Positions 1 to 9,135 of a DNA stretch of 56,647 nt are shown piece after piece. Each line of letters begins with the position of its first letter. The stretch's first letter is position 1. Both the position numbers and the translations under genes were made by a program. Where the stretch lies: positions 1 through 56,647 of the IMG/VR virus record IMGVR_UViG_3300025759_014178. One strand, 5' to 3'. The notes under the pieces were generated by a model, which worked only from the letters and a program-made list of their open reading frames with translations, searched no databases and was not told the DNA's origin. This DNA comes from a virus (taxonomy: Duplodnaviria > Caudoviricetes).

Positions 1-148
1 GCCAAAGCGGCTGATGTCTTTAGGGAATCGATCAGCTACGATCTGGGCTGTTTGGTCGGTGTAGTATGACCGGTAGTCCTTGCGGTTGGTCTTGTTTGCG
101 TGCGGGAGATGTAGAGCCAGTCCCAAGCGGCCGGTGATCCTTTTCCAG
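1..148. repeat. Terminal direct repeat, left copy (circular overlap)
   Basis: 1-148 equals 56500-56647 except a22 vs g56521. Confidence 0.97.
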
Positions 149-570
149 GCCTCGTCAATCTCCTCGAACTTGAATATCTCGTCGACGATAACTCGGCCGG
201 CCCGGTCTTCTAGCATTCTCGACTGATCGCTCCACTCCATGTTCCCCTTGTTGGGCTGGACGACGTCGACCAACCACCTAGTGAAATCGGTGTCTTCCGG
301 CAGGTGCTGGGGGTTGGGTGGAAGCAGGCGCTGCTTCCGGTACTGGAACGAGCTGACGATCCTGTCCCAAGGGTTCCTGACGACGGCAAAAGACCAGAAG
401 TCTTTGAAGCACATCCCAGCATCGTTTATTGCGGCCCTAACCGTCAGGGCCGAGTCGTGGTCCTCGGCCAGCTTCGGCAACCTTTCCCATGGGCGCAGCG
501 CGACGGAGACCGACGTTCCGCCGGTCTTGTTCACATGAATGAAGATTATTTTGAGAGATTCGCTGATCAT
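1..570 (-). CDS. Sulfotransferase (Sulfotransfer_2-like), 196 aa, spans the circular join; absent from the ORF track
   Basis: ATG at 570 overlaps the TGA of the upstream gene (ATGA). Manual translation MISESLKIIFIHVNKTGGTS...FAVVRNPWDRIVSSF...YYTDQTAQIVADRFPKDISRFGYNFDPS* shows both PAPS-binding motifs (HVNKTGGTS; RNPWDRIVS). Continues 56499->56479. Confidence 0.9.
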   Translation of the reverse strand, partial: MISESLKIIFIHVNKTGGTSVSVALRPWERLPKLAEDHDSALTVRAAINDAGMCFKDFWSFAVVRNPWDRIVSSFQYRKQRLLPPNPQHLPEDTDFTRWLVDVVQPNKGNMEWSDQSRMLEDRAGRVIVDEIFKFEEIDEAWKRITGRLGLALHLPHANKTNRKDYRSYYTDQTAQIVADRFPKDISRFG

Positions 571-1307
571 TTGATTCCGATAATCTGTCCGTTGGGAGGA
601 GCGTCCTCTACCGGGAGAAGCTTGCCACTGCCTACAACTCGATGAGTCTTAAACCCGGCCCTGTCAAGGTGGTTCGCAACGAGCCGGGCTGGGGTCTTCG
701 CATCGTTGTGAGATTCTACGATAACCCAGCCGCCGGGAGTCATCGACTCCAGAACTTGTTTTGCGCCTTCGAGTACGTCCAGCTCGAACCCCTCGACATC
801 GATCTTGATCGCGTCGGGAACCTCGCGAACCAGATCGTCCAATGGGATCACGCTTACCTCCTGAAAGGGAAGGTTCTTTTCAACGGCCATCGTGCTCTCG
901 GCAATGGCGTTGGCGATGTATAGCTTGGCCGTCCCCAGCGTTCTGCCGATCGCGGCGGCGCAGATGCGATCTCGAGGGATACCGTTGAGGTCAAAGTTCA
1001 ATTCAAGCACCTCGCGAGCGCGGTCTTCAGGCTCGAACGCCAAAACATCGCATCCGCGAGATGCGGCCGCGAGGCTCATCAGCCCGATGTTCGCGCCGAC
1101 GTCGATCAGCAGCTGACCTGGTCCGAGCTTATTGATCCAGCCCATTACGGGCATCTCATAGAGGCCAAAAGGGCAAAGCGAGTATCCCAGATGCCCGTAA
1201 GGAACCCAGGCCTCGGCGTTGATGTTGTGGAGGTAGGTCTGGTAATAGGCCAAGCCCTCAGGCTGCTCTATTAAAACCTCTCGTGTTGTCTTCTCAAAAT
1301 GCTTCAT
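567..1307 (-). CDS. FkbM-family SAM-dependent methyltransferase
   Basis: LIDVGANIG, VLAFEP, IKIDVEGFELDVLEG motifs. Confidence 0.92.
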   Translation of the reverse strand: MKHFEKTTREVLIEQPEGLAYYQTYLHNINAEAWVPYGHLGYSLCPFGLYEMPVMGWINKLGPGQLLIDVGANIGLMSLAAASRGCDVLAFEPEDRAREVLELNFDLNGIPRDRICAAAIGRTLGTAKLYIANAIAESTMAVEKNLPFQEVSVIPLDDLVREVPDAIKIDVEGFELDVLEGAKQVLESMTPGGWVIVESHNDAKTPARLVANHLDRAGFKTHRVVGSGKLLPVEDAPPNGQIIGIK

Positions 1308-2191
1308 TTTCCGAGAATGTGCCGGGCTCTATCTAGGTGCTCCATCGCGTGATCGTAGAGGCCCCAGTTTGGGTAAGTAGGAGGCGTGTGCGTGTGAATG
1401 TGAACGCTGGCAGTGTTGCCGTCTGGCGGCTCTTTTCTCCAGATCCCGTGGTTGTGTTCGCGGCCGAAATAGTCGCAGTGGAACAGTCCCGGCAACCTTT
1501 CCATGCACTTCTGTTCGTAGAACCCGTCCATGCCCTCCTCATACATATATAACCAGGTGCCGGCCGTCAACTGGTGCCTAGTCATCAGGAAGCCAGCATT
1601 GAAGACCCCATGCCGGCCGATGACGCTGTGGCCCCAGTCAACCCAGTGGAACGGGCTGAGAACGACGTCGGCCGCGTAGGTCTCGATCAATGATCGGCAG
1701 AAAGTTATGTCGCAGTCTGCAATCAAGGCACCTTTCCCGTTGGCCACAGCGACGGCCTGCTGAAGGGCGTAGATTTTCCACCAGATGGGAACGATTTTCC
1801 AGTAGTCGGACTCGGTAGCTACCTTCTCCAAGCGCTTCTCGATCGTTCCCTGTGTCGCGGCGTTCATGTGAGGCATGACCTCAACGTATTCGAGCCGCCA
1901 CTCCTTCACCAAACTTCCAACGTAGCGAGATGTCTCAACGTCACAAATTACTAGGACCGGCGTGTTCCGATGGTAGGCGCAGAAGGTTAGCAACCAGGCC
2001 TCAAGATCGCCCATGACCGGCTCGTCGGCCACAACAGCGGCCGCTCCGAGGCCCATCCTAGCTGTCGAAGTAGAAGTATGCCTAGTCCCCTGCCGAAGTT
2101 TTTTTTTCCACTGGGAGACTAGGTCGTTGCACTCGCGCCGGTCCCTTGCGGCCGACGCGAGTTCGTGGTTCATATTCGCTCTTCTTCCCAT
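1304..2191 (-). CDS. GT-A fold glycosyltransferase (nucleotide-diphospho-sugar transferase-like)
   Basis: WWKIYAL, DxD motif LIADCDITF, FNAGFL, YEQ; translationally coupled to the FkbM gene. Confidence 0.7.
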   Translation of the reverse strand: MGRRANMNHELASAARDRRECNDLVSQWKKKLRQGTRHTSTSTARMGLGAAAVVADEPVMGDLEAWLLTFCAYHRNTPVLVICDVETSRYVGSLVKEWRLEYVEVMPHMNAATQGTIEKRLEKVATESDYWKIVPIWWKIYALQQAVAVANGKGALIADCDITFCRSLIETYAADVVLSPFHWVDWGHSVIGRHGVFNAGFLMTRHQLTAGTWLYMYEEGMDGFYEQKCMERLPGLFHCDYFGREHNHGIWRKEPPDGNTASVHIHTHTPPTYPNWGLYDHAMEHLDRARHILGK

Positions 2192-2201
2192 GGTCCTGAC
2201 T

Positions 2202-4430
2202 TTACGGTGCGATCGGGCTCCAAAGGAAATACATATCGAAGCCAGTAGCTCCTGCGCCGCTCGAAATCACAACGTCGATCTCTCCCTTATCGGGAACCAC
2301 CCGGCTGGGGAAGTTTCCGGTGCTGACTGACCTGCCTAGGTCGTCAACGACGTAGGCCGCCTCAACGCTCTGGTTGATCGCCCCACCAGAGAAGACGGCC
2401 GCGCCGTTGATGTTGATCGTATAACTGAAGTGGCCGGGCGATGAAAGCGAAGGGTCGGTCGTGCAGACTAGGATGTCACGCAGATAGCGCTTCTTTGGAA
2501 CGAAACCGGCCGGGTGAGTTGCGACGGTGATGGCCGTCGAGGGATCAATCACCTCGTAACGGGTAACCTCCTCGCCGATCTCTTGCCAGACGGCACTTCC
2601 GGTCGCGCTGCTATTGCAGATCCACAGGCGGAACGCCGACGGCCAATACCATTGGCTCCCAACTTCGTATCCCTGAGTGTTGTCGTTCCCAGACGCAGGA
2701 GCGGTTGTCGCGGAGAAGTTGTTCGTCGTGCCTCCAGAGCTTGCCCCGCCTCCTATAATGATCCACCTAGAGTAGAGAGCGCTCCAGATGGCTTGAACCG
2801 CTTTGTTGTTAGCGTCAAGCGTTACATCGGATCCACCCCAGCAATAAATGTCTCCAGCGTTATGCTTGATAACTACCGTTCTAGCATCGTTGGCCGCATA
2901 AAGGAAAACGACATCTCCATCAGCAGGGCTGCCGCCGAGCGTTTCTAGGTCATCGGTAGCGGCATCGCCTTGTGTGTCAATATAGTGATGGTTTCCGGTT
3001 ACCGCCACCGCACCAGCCGCAATGGTAAGTTCAGAAGCACCTCCTGCATCTGGGCCAGATCCTCCACCACTAGAAGCAAAAGAAGAAAAATTTGCTCGGC
3101 GCATTGCCCCAGCTCCCGTGTCATAAAATGGAATCCAATCACCGGTGACCGGAGAGGCCAGAGTATAACTCGGCACGTCCGCGTCGAGAACTTTGTTGGA
3201 AGCGCTAATAGTGGTCCCCGATACTCCCCATGTATTAAGCACCCGAGAAGCGAGTGCCTGATCGATCCCGTAAAGGTGCGCGGTGAGCTCGTCTTCGTTA
3301 GTGACCTCTGTTGGGTTGGTCGAAGGAGTGTAGTTGCTGGGATTCCAGTCTATGTCAATGGTGTCCCCATCAATTGGATCAGATCCGCTTCGACTATGGG
3401 AAGAAGCATGAGAGCTTGGGGATCGTGAATCTGTTAATCTCGCATCACTGTCGGTTACATATTTATTTGAACCGCTTGCAGAGCCATCGGTTCCATCAAG
3501 GGCTGCTTTTTCATCAGCAGTTGGAAATCTTGCATCTTGACCAGAAGCAGCTTTATCGGATGTCGTGCCAAGATTAACAAAAATACCCTGAGAATCTTCA
3601 CCCAAAGATCCTTGGCTGTTTGCCGAGAGGCCAACAGACTTACGCTGCACATCAAGCGAGATTGTATCCGCAGCGTCGTCAGGAGTGCAGTTGATTGAGT
3701 TAGTGTCCCCGCCGCTTAGCGCGGTTCCAATTGCATCACGGGCATTTTCATCAGTGTAGGATCCGCTAGATGTTAGTGAATTATCGATTCCTTTGAGGAT
3801 AGCCCCAAGGTGATCTGAATCGGTCACGTTTGGATCCGAAGTGTCAGCCGAAATAGTTGAAAAGCTGACGTCGATCTGGAGTTTGTCGGCATCAATGGAA
3901 TCAGTTCCGCCTTTGATATGAGACGAGGCATGGCTGGACGGAGACCTAGAGTCAGTAAGCCTAGAATCATTTCCTTTTACTATTTCGCCAGAAGCCGCAT
4001 CACCAGCGGCGGGAACATTGAGGGCCGCGGCTGTTCCAGCGTCACTTATTGTCGATAAAAGCTGGGTGCCGGTATGATTTGCTCGAGAAACAACTTCTGC
4101 AATTGTATTGCCGCCATCTTTTAAAAGTTTTCCCGTGGTGCCATCAAATGTAGCAATTCTGTTGTTTACTGAAGAACTAGGTCCGGCGACATCAGCGGTG
4201 AGCGCTACAAGTGCAGCCTGAACAAAAGCGGTTGAAGCTAGTTGGGCGGTATTGGTCCCAGATGTGGCGGTTGGTGCGGTGGGTGTTCCGGTGAAGGAAG
4301 GACTTACAGTGGAAGCCGCGGGATTTCCCGCAACGTTTACCGCATCGGCATTTACTTCTGCCCACGGTTTCGTTGAAGTTCCTATTTTGCCTTCGCTGGC
4401 TGCTCTTGGTACTACGTTTTTTGTTGCCAT
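2202..4430 (-). CDS. Tail fibre / receptor-binding protein
   Basis: Fibre repeat SPSFTGTPTAPTATSGTNTAQLASTAFVQAA, IATFDGTTGKLLKD, SRANHTGTQ, duplicated RLTDSRSPSSHASSH; Gly/Ser/Thr/Ala-rich. Confidence 0.85.
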   Translation of the reverse strand: MATKNVVPRAASEGKIGTSTKPWAEVNADAVNVAGNPAASTVSPSFTGTPTAPTATSGTNTAQLASTAFVQAALVALTADVAGPSSSVNNRIATFDGTTGKLLKDGGNTIAEVVSRANHTGTQLLSTISDAGTAAALNVPAAGDAASGEIVKGNDSRLTDSRSPSSHASSHIKGGTDSIDADKLQIDVSFSTISADTSDPNVTDSDHLGAILKGIDNSLTSSGSYTDENARDAIGTALSGGDTNSINCTPDDAADTISLDVQRKSVGLSANSQGSLGEDSQGIFVNLGTTSDKAASGQDARFPTADEKAALDGTDGSASGSNKYVTDSDARLTDSRSPSSHASSHSRSGSDPIDGDTIDIDWNPSNYTPSTNPTEVTNEDELTAHLYGIDQALASRVLNTWGVSGTTISASNKVLDADVPSYTLASPVTGDWIPFYDTGAGAMRRANFSSFASSGGGSGPDAGGASELTIAAGAVAVTGNHHYIDTQGDAATDDLETLGGSPADGDVVFLYAANDARTVVIKHNAGDIYCWGGSDVTLDANNKAVQAIWSALYSRWIIIGGGASSGGTTNNFSATTAPASGNDNTQGYEVGSQWYWPSAFRLWICNSSATGSAVWQEIGEEVTRYEVIDPSTAITVATHPAGFVPKKRYLRDILVCTTDPSLSSPGHFSYTININGAAVFSGGAINQSVEAAYVVDDLGRSVSTGNFPSRVVPDKGEIDVVISSGAGATGFDMYFLWSPIAP

Positions 4431-4432
4431 GT

Positions 4433-4696
4433 TTACAATTTTGGTTGGAGGTCCCCATTGCCGTCTAATTCCCAGAAATTATCACCCGTCAATGAAACTG
4501 AATTGGTTGGTTGGAGAAAATTTGATGAATCACTTTGCCATCCTTGGCCGACTGTTAAAGCCGCAGCCAAAGACGGTTGCAGGTTGCCTGATTCCTCCTC
4601 CCACGCCTGTTGCGGCGTGACAGTTTGTTCAAGGACTTCAGGAACTCTGGAGATCAATGTCATACTATTATATTGAGTCGTTTTTTGAATCAGCAA
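4433..4696 (-). CDS. Small putative virion protein
   Basis: Tightly packed in the structural operon; C-terminal WELDGNGDLQPK. Confidence 0.6.
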   Translation of the reverse strand: MLIQKTTQYNSMTLISRVPEVLEQTVTPQQAWEEESGNLQPSLAAALTVGQGWQSDSSNFLQPTNSVSLTGDNFWELDGNGDLQPKL

Positions 4697-4995
4697 GCAG
4701 AAGGTGATGTCTCTCCCGGTGGAGTAATCGGTTCGTCATTCTGAAACGGGATTGTAAAATTCAAAACAAGAGTTTTGTCGTCAAAAGATTCACTAATTCC
4801 AGGCTCCGATTCTCGAGTTGATGTCCGAGTTACAGTAGCTGGTTGCGTAGTTGTAGTTTCAGAAGATTCTTTCTCTGATGGTCCTCTCGTGCTTGTAGTG
4901 GTTGTAGTGTTTACCCTTGCTTCGGAAATTTGTTGAGTAACTCTGGCAGTTCCTCTTTTTGTATCCGTGATAGTTTCGTCAAGTTCTATTGGCAT
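4690..4995 (-). CDS. Thr/Ser-rich hypothetical protein
   Basis: ATG start, operon packing, TTTTTST/SETTTT tracts. Confidence 0.6.
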   Translation of the reverse strand: MPIELDETITDTKRGTARVTQQISEARVNTTTTTSTRGPSEKESSETTTTQPATVTRTSTRESEPGISESFDDKTLVLNFTIPFQNDEPITPPGETSPSAC

Positions 4996-5004
4996 GGTAT
5001 TATT

Positions 5005-5427
5005 CTATTTTTTACTTACTTCCCCATAGTGCCTTTTAACTTTAGTTTGGTCGCTACCGCTATCTCGTGTTTCTGAAATCGTGCTAGTAGGTCCATCATT
5101 AGTAGTTCTTTGTTGAATGGTTTCTTCGGTGCCATCACTTACTTTGCTTTGTGATGTTTGAACCCGCTCACCGCTTAACTCAGTAGAAGATTCAGTTGCA
5201 GTTCCAGATGTTTGAGACTGGGTCCTAGTAATTGCGTTGATTGCGCCGTCTTTTCCAAACTGAACTTGGAATTGAACTTCTTTAGGGAGAAGACAAAGCA
5301 AACCAGGCGCCGAACCGTCACCTGTGTTTTGGTCTTTACGAAGATACCAGCAAGCCGCGTTGATCTCCAGCATGGCGCTGATGATCGTATCGCGAAGTTC
5401 GTTTGTTTTGTCTGTAATTACCGGCAT
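5005..5427 (-). CDS. Thr/Ser-rich hypothetical protein
   Basis: ATG 1 nt after the upstream stop; Thr/Ser/Gln-rich C-terminal half. Confidence 0.65.
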   Translation of the reverse strand: MPVITDKTNELRDTIISAMLEINAACWYLRKDQNTGDGSAPGLLCLLPKEVQFQVQFGKDGAINAITRTQSQTSGTATESSTELSGERVQTSQSKVSDGTEETIQQRTTNDGPTSTISETRDSGSDQTKVKRHYGEVSKK

Positions 5428-5428
5428 T

Positions 5429-6322
5429 TTACCACCCTGCTTTAGTCCCTACTTTGTTTCTTGGTTTTGCAAAATCAGGCATCATTCTAGCCATTTCTAC
5501 TCTAGCTCTCTGAGCTTGTGTTCCGATTGATCGCTCGGCCTTATCGGACCCGTTCCACATGGAAGACCCGATGAGCCTTTCTTCGATCAATGGAATTAAA
5601 ATTAAATTGGCGTGACCATCAGCTACGGGAATATCCCGAGGTTCCGACATTTCAGAAAATTGCACCGGATCAGGATAATAATCAGCTTCGAACCGAATTA
5701 CATCTTGCTCTTGCGGAATTGGATCAAGCCTTAAAAGAGTCACGAGATCACTCCCTTGACTTTGTCCACCATACTCAACTCCATAACGGACAGGCGTTCC
5801 AAACCGGCGCCATCCACTTTTGTTCCAATGCCGGCGGTAGTCGCCATTGTATTGAACTCGATCATCTCGAGTTAAAACCCAGCCGTTGTTGTGAAGTCTC
5901 GGGTCGCTTACAATGCGTTTAATAACTTTGTTCTGAATCGCAATTGCGTCTGGGTAAACGACAGCTTGGACGTCTCCTGTTTCACCCGGATAAGTATCAA
6001 GAACCTGATCCGTTGCCACAACTTCATTCCACTCAGATGTATTTCCTCCAAATACGACTGTGCAGCCTCGTTCTGAAGGAAAAAATGGAACATTTCCAAC
6101 TGAATTTGAACCGTTTACTACTGAGGCTGTAAGGGTTCTGGCTTTTGGAATACGAAAGGAAAACGTAGTTCTGGACCAAACGTCAGGAACATTTTCATAA
6201 AATTCCATCAAGCCGGCTGTAATTTCACCTGCGAGTTCCTGTTTGGAACGAGCGGATAAATTGCCAATGTCGGAAACATCAAGATGCCGAGTTAGGCGGT
6301 GAGCAAGTTCAACGGTGTTCAT
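5429..6322 (-). CDS. Putative head-tail adaptor / tail protein
   Basis: Position after the capsid; GTPVRY...LRLDPIP pattern typical of podovirus adaptor-like proteins. Confidence 0.55.
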   Translation of the reverse strand: MNTVELAHRLTRHLDVSDIGNLSARSKQELAGEITAGLMEFYENVPDVWSRTTFSFRIPKARTLTASVVNGSNSVGNVPFFPSERGCTVVFGGNTSEWNEVVATDQVLDTYPGETGDVQAVVYPDAIAIQNKVIKRIVSDPRLHNNGWVLTRDDRVQYNGDYRRHWNKSGWRRFGTPVRYGVEYGGQSQGSDLVTLLRLDPIPQEQDVIRFEADYYPDPVQFSEMSEPRDIPVADGHANLILIPLIEERLIGSSMWNGSDKAERSIGTQAQRARVEMARMMPDFAKPRNKVGTKAGW

Positions 6323-7047
6323 GATTTTGGAATCATTGCTCCGGTTCGAGATTTTTTATCGACGCTGTAAATTTGCGGGTCAGAAACCCCAAGCGAAGTC
6401 AAGGCGGCTGCATAGCTTTCTTGGTAGCCCCTGAGGGCTTCTTGGCCCCTTCGAAATAGATGTGACTGAGTCATGTGGTATTGAGCCAATGGGAGCAATA
6501 TAGACTCGTGATATCGGTGAGGCGTTGGAAGTTTACTTCCGTCGCAAAAGCTATCTACAGTGAAAACTGGACACTCTCTAGCTAAATCCACCTCGAGGTT
6601 TTTTGTTGATGCCGGAGTAGGAGCTAACATCAAGTAAATTTCCACAACTTCATCTTGAGCGTCTCCGGTTTTTCGGCGCCGGTCGACCCAAAATACCTGA
6701 GGATCCGCGTTATCAGTGTCGTAATCGTTGCCACTATAAATGGCTCCGAACGACAAAAATTCCCCTTTAGAATCACAAGGGGCTATAGGTTTACCAGACG
6801 AAGAAAATCGCAAGGGTCCCAAGACCTCTTGGACGTCATCGTCAAGTTGGTATTCAGAAATTCCTGAAGCGGTTGCAAACTGGTGGATTTCTCTTGTAAG
6901 AAAATCAGCGTTTGGTGCGCTCCAAATATTCTGATAGGCGCGGTTCAGCGCGGTTACCGCATCCTGCTTCAAATAGCTGGGCGCGGTTCCAGGCTGCTCC
7001 ACTTGAACCACCCTGTAAAGGTGGTCTCTGAAGGTTTCGATGTCCAT
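6319..7047 (-). CDS. Putative head-tail adaptor protein
   Basis: ALNRAYQNIW, G..EYQL, LAPTP, PHRYHESIL adaptor-like pattern; position after the capsid. Confidence 0.6.
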   Translation of the reverse strand: MDIETFRDHLYRVVQVEQPGTAPSYLKQDAVTALNRAYQNIWSAPNADFLTREIHQFATASGISEYQLDDDVQEVLGPLRFSSSGKPIAPCDSKGEFLSFGAIYSGNDYDTDNADPQVFWVDRRRKTGDAQDEVVEIYLMLAPTPASTKNLEVDLARECPVFTVDSFCDGSKLPTPHRYHESILLPLAQYHMTQSHLFRRGQEALRGYQESYAAALTSLGVSDPQIYSVDKKSRTGAMIPKS

Positions 7048-7070
7048 GCCGAATGGCTGTGGTCACCGAA

Positions 7071-7493
7071 CTACTTTTTTGCTTTGGCGGTCTTCTTCTT
7101 GGCTGGTGCCTTTTTCTTACGCGGTGCCTTCTTAGTGTCGTCAGACTCTTCTTTGTCAGATTGCTGAATATCGCCCACAAGGACGCCTTCAGTTACTTCT
7201 TCAGAATCTTTAAGATCAGGCTTTGGCGCAACAGGCTTAGGCTGGACTACTTCTTTTTTCTTCTGTGCGTCCGGATTGATTTTTACTAGCTTCACGTAGG
7301 GTGGCGAAAAATAGCGCCGATCTGTCGTGAGAAACTTGCAATCTCGGTTGAAGTCTTCGATGTCGTCTGGTCCGTAAACTCGGCCTTTATAGGCCAGTTC
7401 ACCATGCTCAGGAATTTCTATGAAGTCCCCTACTCGACCTCGCTGGTTTGGCGACGATCGACGGTAGCAAATGATAGCTCGGAGTTCTTCCAT
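7071..7493 (-). CDS. Hypothetical protein with Lys/Ala-rich C-terminal tail
   Basis: ORF directly after the capsid gene; KKAPRKKKAPAKKKTAKAKK. Confidence 0.75.
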   Translation of the reverse strand: MEELRAIICYRRSSPNQRGRVGDFIEIPEHGELAYKGRVYGPDDIEDFNRDCKFLTTDRRYFSPPYVKLVKINPDAQKKKEVVQPKPVAPKPDLKDSEEVTEGVLVGDIQQSDKEESDDTKKAPRKKKAPAKKKTAKAKK

Positions 7494-7509
7494 GGTTTTT
7501 GTTAAAGTT

Positions 7510-7543
7510 GAGGGGATGCCGGAATCCTAACCGACACCCCCTC
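7510..7543 (-). terminator. Stem-loop after the major capsid gene (weak U-tract, likely partial terminator or mRNA stabiliser)
   Basis: Minus strand GAGGGGGTGTCGG-N8-CCGGCATCCCCTC followed by AACTTT. Confidence 0.6.
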
Positions 7544-7560
7544 TATCTTATAAACAAGGA

Positions 7561-9096
7561 TCAAGTGATCGTAGGAGTTGGGACCCCAGCGTAGTTGATA
7601 GCATGTGCGATCATTACGTAACCTGGGAATGCTCCCGAAGCATCCATTCGAGGCTGCTGCCCAAAATAGGTGCGGACAAATACATCAGTGATGTATCCGT
7701 CTTCGTGAGTTTCCTCTCCGCGCTTGTTGCGGTGTTTTCCGTATCCGCGGCGTGCTGCTTCAGCACCCATCATAAGACTCCAACCGTAGGTCTGTCCTTT
7801 CGAGTTGGCGAGCATGATGAGGGCGTCTTCGGCCCAGTCGTCGCAAATAAGACCGGCGAACGGTCCAGAAGCATTTGTTACGGATCCAACGGTCTGCTTG
7901 AACACTGTTCCCGAGAGAGTAGTGCTAAGAACCTCGGCCAACACAAGATTGTGTCCGTTGTTGGTCTCGACCTTGGCGAATCCGAACTTGTTTTTCTGGT
8001 TTGCGGCAACGCCAGTAGCGTCAGGCGGATTGTAAACGATGATGTAGAAGTCATCCGTTCCAGCAGCCGGTGCGCTCAGAACGTCCTGCTCGTTAAACTT
8101 GAACGCCATTTTGGGGAAATACTTGAAGTAGTCCCGGATACCCGCAGCAGCCGGAGTAGTGGCTCTGGAGCCTCCACCGTTGAGCGTGTATTTGGTGTTC
8201 GCGTTAGCGCCTCCAAAGAAGGCTGAACCGTCAAGAATAGCACCCGCACCATCAGTGTGGACATAAGCTTTCGGGTTCCACGGCGAAGCAATTGCACCGT
8301 CGCCATCGTGATCGATTGGATTCCACTTGTGGAAACTATGCCCACGGGCGTAAGAATAGCCTCCCTTGAAGAGGAAGTTTGTGTCGCCGCGCTCGCCACC
8401 GTCCCGAAGGATGGTTTTGTAGTTGTCGTCCAACTCGAGGGCATAAAGGCCATCAGTGGTCGAGCAAACATGCTTGCACTCAACAGTGTTGCCATTGACG
8501 GTCTTGGTTTCAGCCGGACGGCCGCCAAGACGCTCCAATCGGACACCTGCCTTGATGACTTCATCAAAGCTCAAAGTGTCTGCGCTGGTCAGATCATCTG
8601 CGCCGCCGCTGTCGCCAGCCCATACGGTGTTAGATGAGTCTCCCTTTTCGCGGAACATCATTGCCATGCGCTCCGATTTCGTACGTCCAAGCCATTTTCC
8701 GAGCTCAGCAGGAAGTCCGGAGACGATTTCGCCTCGCATTCCCATGTGCTCTTCCATTCGCTCGCTGTATCGAGTCGCGTGACGCAGAACATCGAGAACC
8801 AGGTCGTCCTCGTTGAAAGTGAGCTTTTCGAAATCTGTAGAAGATTCGAAGAGTTCTTCCGCGTGTTTTGCCTCATTGTAGAGACCCGCCATTGAAGTGA
8901 ACGTGATACGGTGACCGCGTCCCTTTGAAGTGTCAGTGATCGTCCGGATACCGGAAGATGGGCTGTTACCTTCGAACTGCTGGAAGAAATCCCGCGTTTG
9001 TTCGAAAATATCAACTCCACGTTTCCACATCTGATGTGGATCGATTTGAGCGGCGACAGAGCCGCCAGTGTTTGGTGAAGATAAATCCCAAGCCAT
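7561..9096 (-). CDS. Major capsid protein (DUF4043/N4-gp56-like)
   Basis: 511 aa directly after the scaffold; KGRGHRITF...GL, E.LTF..D.L pattern; downstream hairpin. Confidence 0.85.
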   Translation of the reverse strand: MAWDLSSPNTGGSVAAQIDPHQMWKRGVDIFEQTRDFFQQFEGNSPSSGIRTITDTSKGRGHRITFTSMAGLYNEAKHAEELFESSTDFEKLTFNEDDLVLDVLRHATRYSERMEEHMGMRGEIVSGLPAELGKWLGRTKSERMAMMFREKGDSSNTVWAGDSGGADDLTSADTLSFDEVIKAGVRLERLGGRPAETKTVNGNTVECKHVCSTTDGLYALELDDNYKTILRDGGERGDTNFLFKGGYSYARGHSFHKWNPIDHDGDGAIASPWNPKAYVHTDGAGAILDGSAFFGGANANTKYTLNGGGSRATTPAAAGIRDYFKYFPKMAFKFNEQDVLSAPAAGTDDFYIIVYNPPDATGVAANQKNKFGFAKVETNNGHNLVLAEVLSTTLSGTVFKQTVGSVTNASGPFAGLICDDWAEDALIMLANSKGQTYGWSLMMGAEAARRGYGKHRNKRGEETHEDGYITDVFVRTYFGQQPRMDASGAFPGYVMIAHAINYAGVPTPTIT

Positions 9097-9135
9097 AATT
9101 AATTGTTGTTGATGTTAAAAGGCCGATTCATGGAC

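Noticed and set aside
210-1116. Short ORF-track calls at 210-422, 239-538, 304-645, 642-923 and 892-1116
   Set aside because: Shadow frames of the motif-bearing sulfotransferase and FkbM genes
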